Source: Caerostris extrusa (taxonomy: Eukaryota). Taken from it: a stretch of 10,096 nt of DNA. Positions within the stretch are counted from its first letter, which is position 1; each line of letters opens with the position of its first letter. The stretch covers positions 130,414-140,509 of the forward strand of contig BPLR01000781.1 in NCBI GenBank assembly GCA_021605095.1, given 5' to 3'. The notes below the pieces were generated by a model. It saw nothing but the letters and a program-made list of their open reading frames with translations, was not told the DNA's origin and made no database searches. Positions 7,812 through 10,096 of this stretch are shown here, piece by piece. A program made the translations under genes and the position numbers.

Positions 7812-10096
7812 GCCTTCAGGCAAAAGCAGGCCTAAAAAATTGCTTTTTGTTAAGCAGCAGAAATATCCAGTGCCCAATACCTGATTTTTAACAAGGATGA
7901 TAGAAGTTGTGGAAGGTAGATACTTGCCCATCTTTATTTCTACTTTAAAATTTATGTGGTAATTTATTTTTGGCTCAGCTGCATTTCCACGGCAGGACAT
8001 CAGAGCCAGAGGCGAGAAGTGATGAACCGTTCTGGAATAGTGATGCTTTTCCCGACACATTCAAGGTGACGAATGAAGTTTGAAGCCTGGTCCTGATCGA
8101 GATGACTAACAAACATATTTGAGCTCTTAAGCCATTGCCCCTGTATTAAATAGACTGTGTGTTTCATGACATTAACACAACCTTCATTAAAAGAAAACTG
8201 CATCTCTCATTGTTTTGAAATTTGATAACTGATATGTAATCATTCAAAGAAAACTATGTCATGTGCAGTAATTGAACCACGAGATTATTAATGTGAGTTA
8301 TCTTTTTGTTCATTATGCATTAACGACAAGAAATGCATAGATTCATCTCCATGATGGTTGTATTTGAGTAAGTAAACACATATTTCATTACAATAAAGGG
8401 AGTTATTTTGCATTTTTTGTTTTAGTATTTAATAAATGCTCTTTCTTTTCTTATAAAAGATTTTCAAATTTCATAATTGACAAATGAAAGAGAGTATTAC
8501 ATCATGTATAATTATAAAAAAATTTTGAGAATAAGCACCTATTCAGCCACAACTGATCAAACTAACAAGGTATAAGTGAACATATACTTTATCTTAGAAA
8601 CACTGATAAATTTAAGATTAGCTTTGCAATTCCCAAAAAGGAAGTACATGAGGCTGTTATTATTTGGAAACTGTCAGTGTGAGGCATTCAAAGCTGTTAA
8701 TTTGAGAAGCTGTGCAGTCCAGGCCCTTGACCACACCGCCGGTCATGCAAGCATATTTCAGCACGGCGAAACAGTATCATCCCTCCTCCAGGTTTGAGTT
8801 ATGTGGTAATCTCTTCCTGTTCTTGAAGAGGTAAAACTCTTTGATCTTCAAGCAGAACCAAATGAGTGTGTCAATCCCCGACTATATAACGTTACATTCC
8901 ATTTGCAACCGGCACCATATTTTGTCCATCACAAAACTATTAAACAAAGCAATATTTCCACAAAAAATTTATTTAACGTGTGCATTAAGCTACAAGTATC
9001 TGAGATACTATGGAATGTCATTTAAGTAGTATCTCTATTATTTGTACTTAATGACACAGGTCAATGACTTTCACAGCATTGGATCACATTCTGAGCCGAG
9101 ATCTCTTAAATGCGCTCTAAGTGACTATCAAGTTGTGGAAGTATGTATGTTGGTGAGTGTGTTTAAACCTGTGCTTATTTTATATACCTGTTTTTGTCTA
9201 TAAGTGTTATATCTTCTTTTGAGCGAGTAAAATGAATTGTAAATAAATTCTTTTATTTGTTACACTTTCAGTGCTGAAAATATTGCATTTTTCAAACATA
9301 TGAAATTAGCAATAGGAGTATATTTTCAAGATTATTAAGTACCTTTTCTCTATACCAACTTTTATATTAGATAAAGAAGAAATTCATACAAATACATTGT
9401 ATCAAATGATTTAAAGTTCTACCAAAGTATTATTAGAATAAAAAACTATTCTTTTGATAAAAATTATTTATATATACTCTGATTTGGAGTAAAATACTTT
9501 TGATGAAATTTTGGCATGAATGCTTTTCACTCTGTTAAGAGCCTTGAAATAGCAGACTGAAAGGAGTTTGCTGTTGATAGGGCATTATAATTAATAAACA
9601 ATTTAAAATAAATGCTGAGGGTGAAAATACTAAAACCAATACATATTTCTTCCTTATTCAGCATTTGCGTGTCTAGCAATTAGGATATTTCATGATATTT
9701 AGTACAAATTTGCTGTTTCTGGATTTTATTTTATCAGTGCTATTGTGTTGACATGGAGGCTGATAACTCGGCACAAAAGAATGTATGGAAGTCCCGTTTA
9801 ATACTAAATTTTAGCACACTTCTTTGCTTCCCAAGTGTATGAAATATTTTCTTGATTACCCTGTTTTAGAATTCAAGGTATGGTAACGATATTTGTGCTA
9901 ATTTCTTTCAGATTACTTTGCAAATATCAATAATTATTTTTTTTCTGTATAATAGCTTTTGTGCTGTTTAGTAGTTTTATTAAAAGTACCAAGCACATTA
10001 GTGTAAATAGTAATATTTATAATTCGTAATGTTCCAGGATGATGTAATCTGTATTGTTTGAATATCAAAAGACAGAGGATTCAGAAACCATGGCTT

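Noticed and set aside
8000-8203. Minus-strand ORF as the upstream exon of the AMP-binding gene. PERFI resembles the TAERFI linker, and HTVYLIQG loosely resembles GQVFLGG.
   Set aside because: There is no GELxIGG core. The spacing to ERFI is wrong for a canonical adenylation domain. There is no GT donor at the required position. The match could be chance, so it is kept only as a low-interest note in the findings.
1-10096. Prokaryotic or organellar interpretation (operons, CRISPR, rRNA/tRNA).
   Set aside because: No long ORFs, no direct-repeat and spacer arrays, and no rRNA/tRNA-like conserved blocks were recognised. The sequence has eukaryotic hallmarks: splice-site-flanked exon, CpG depletion, long homopolymers.

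Overview
Eukaryotic nuclear-type DNA: very AT-rich (roughly 70% A+T by eye), CpG-depleted, with long homopolymer runs and no long ORFs. Almost the whole window, from position 1 to about 7811, is one large, old, imperfect palindrome. The left arm (1-4324) and right arm (4331-7811) are reverse complements of each other, joined by a 6-nt spacer (ttggtg, 4325-4330). Hand alignment along the whole length finds matches throughout. Identity is about 75-85% by eye, with many small indels. The left arm starts at the window edge, so the palindrome probably extends further left. Inside the left arm, on the minus strand, is one convincing coding exon (about 1832-2162). It encodes the C-terminal core of an AMP-binding (adenylate-forming) enzyme and, from memory, most resembles AASDH/ACSF4 (beta-alanine-activating enzyme). 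The right arm carries the mirror copy of this exon on the plus strand (about 6070-6350). It has a frameshift and several stops, so it is a pseudo-exon. The two arms have also decayed unequally: the left arm has about 16 CpGs in 4.3 kb, the right arm about 40 in 3.5 kb. The right flank (7812-10096) is unique sequence. It has two GC/CpG-richer patches and a few splice-site-like motifs, but nothing identifiable. The other ORFs in the supplied track look spurious.
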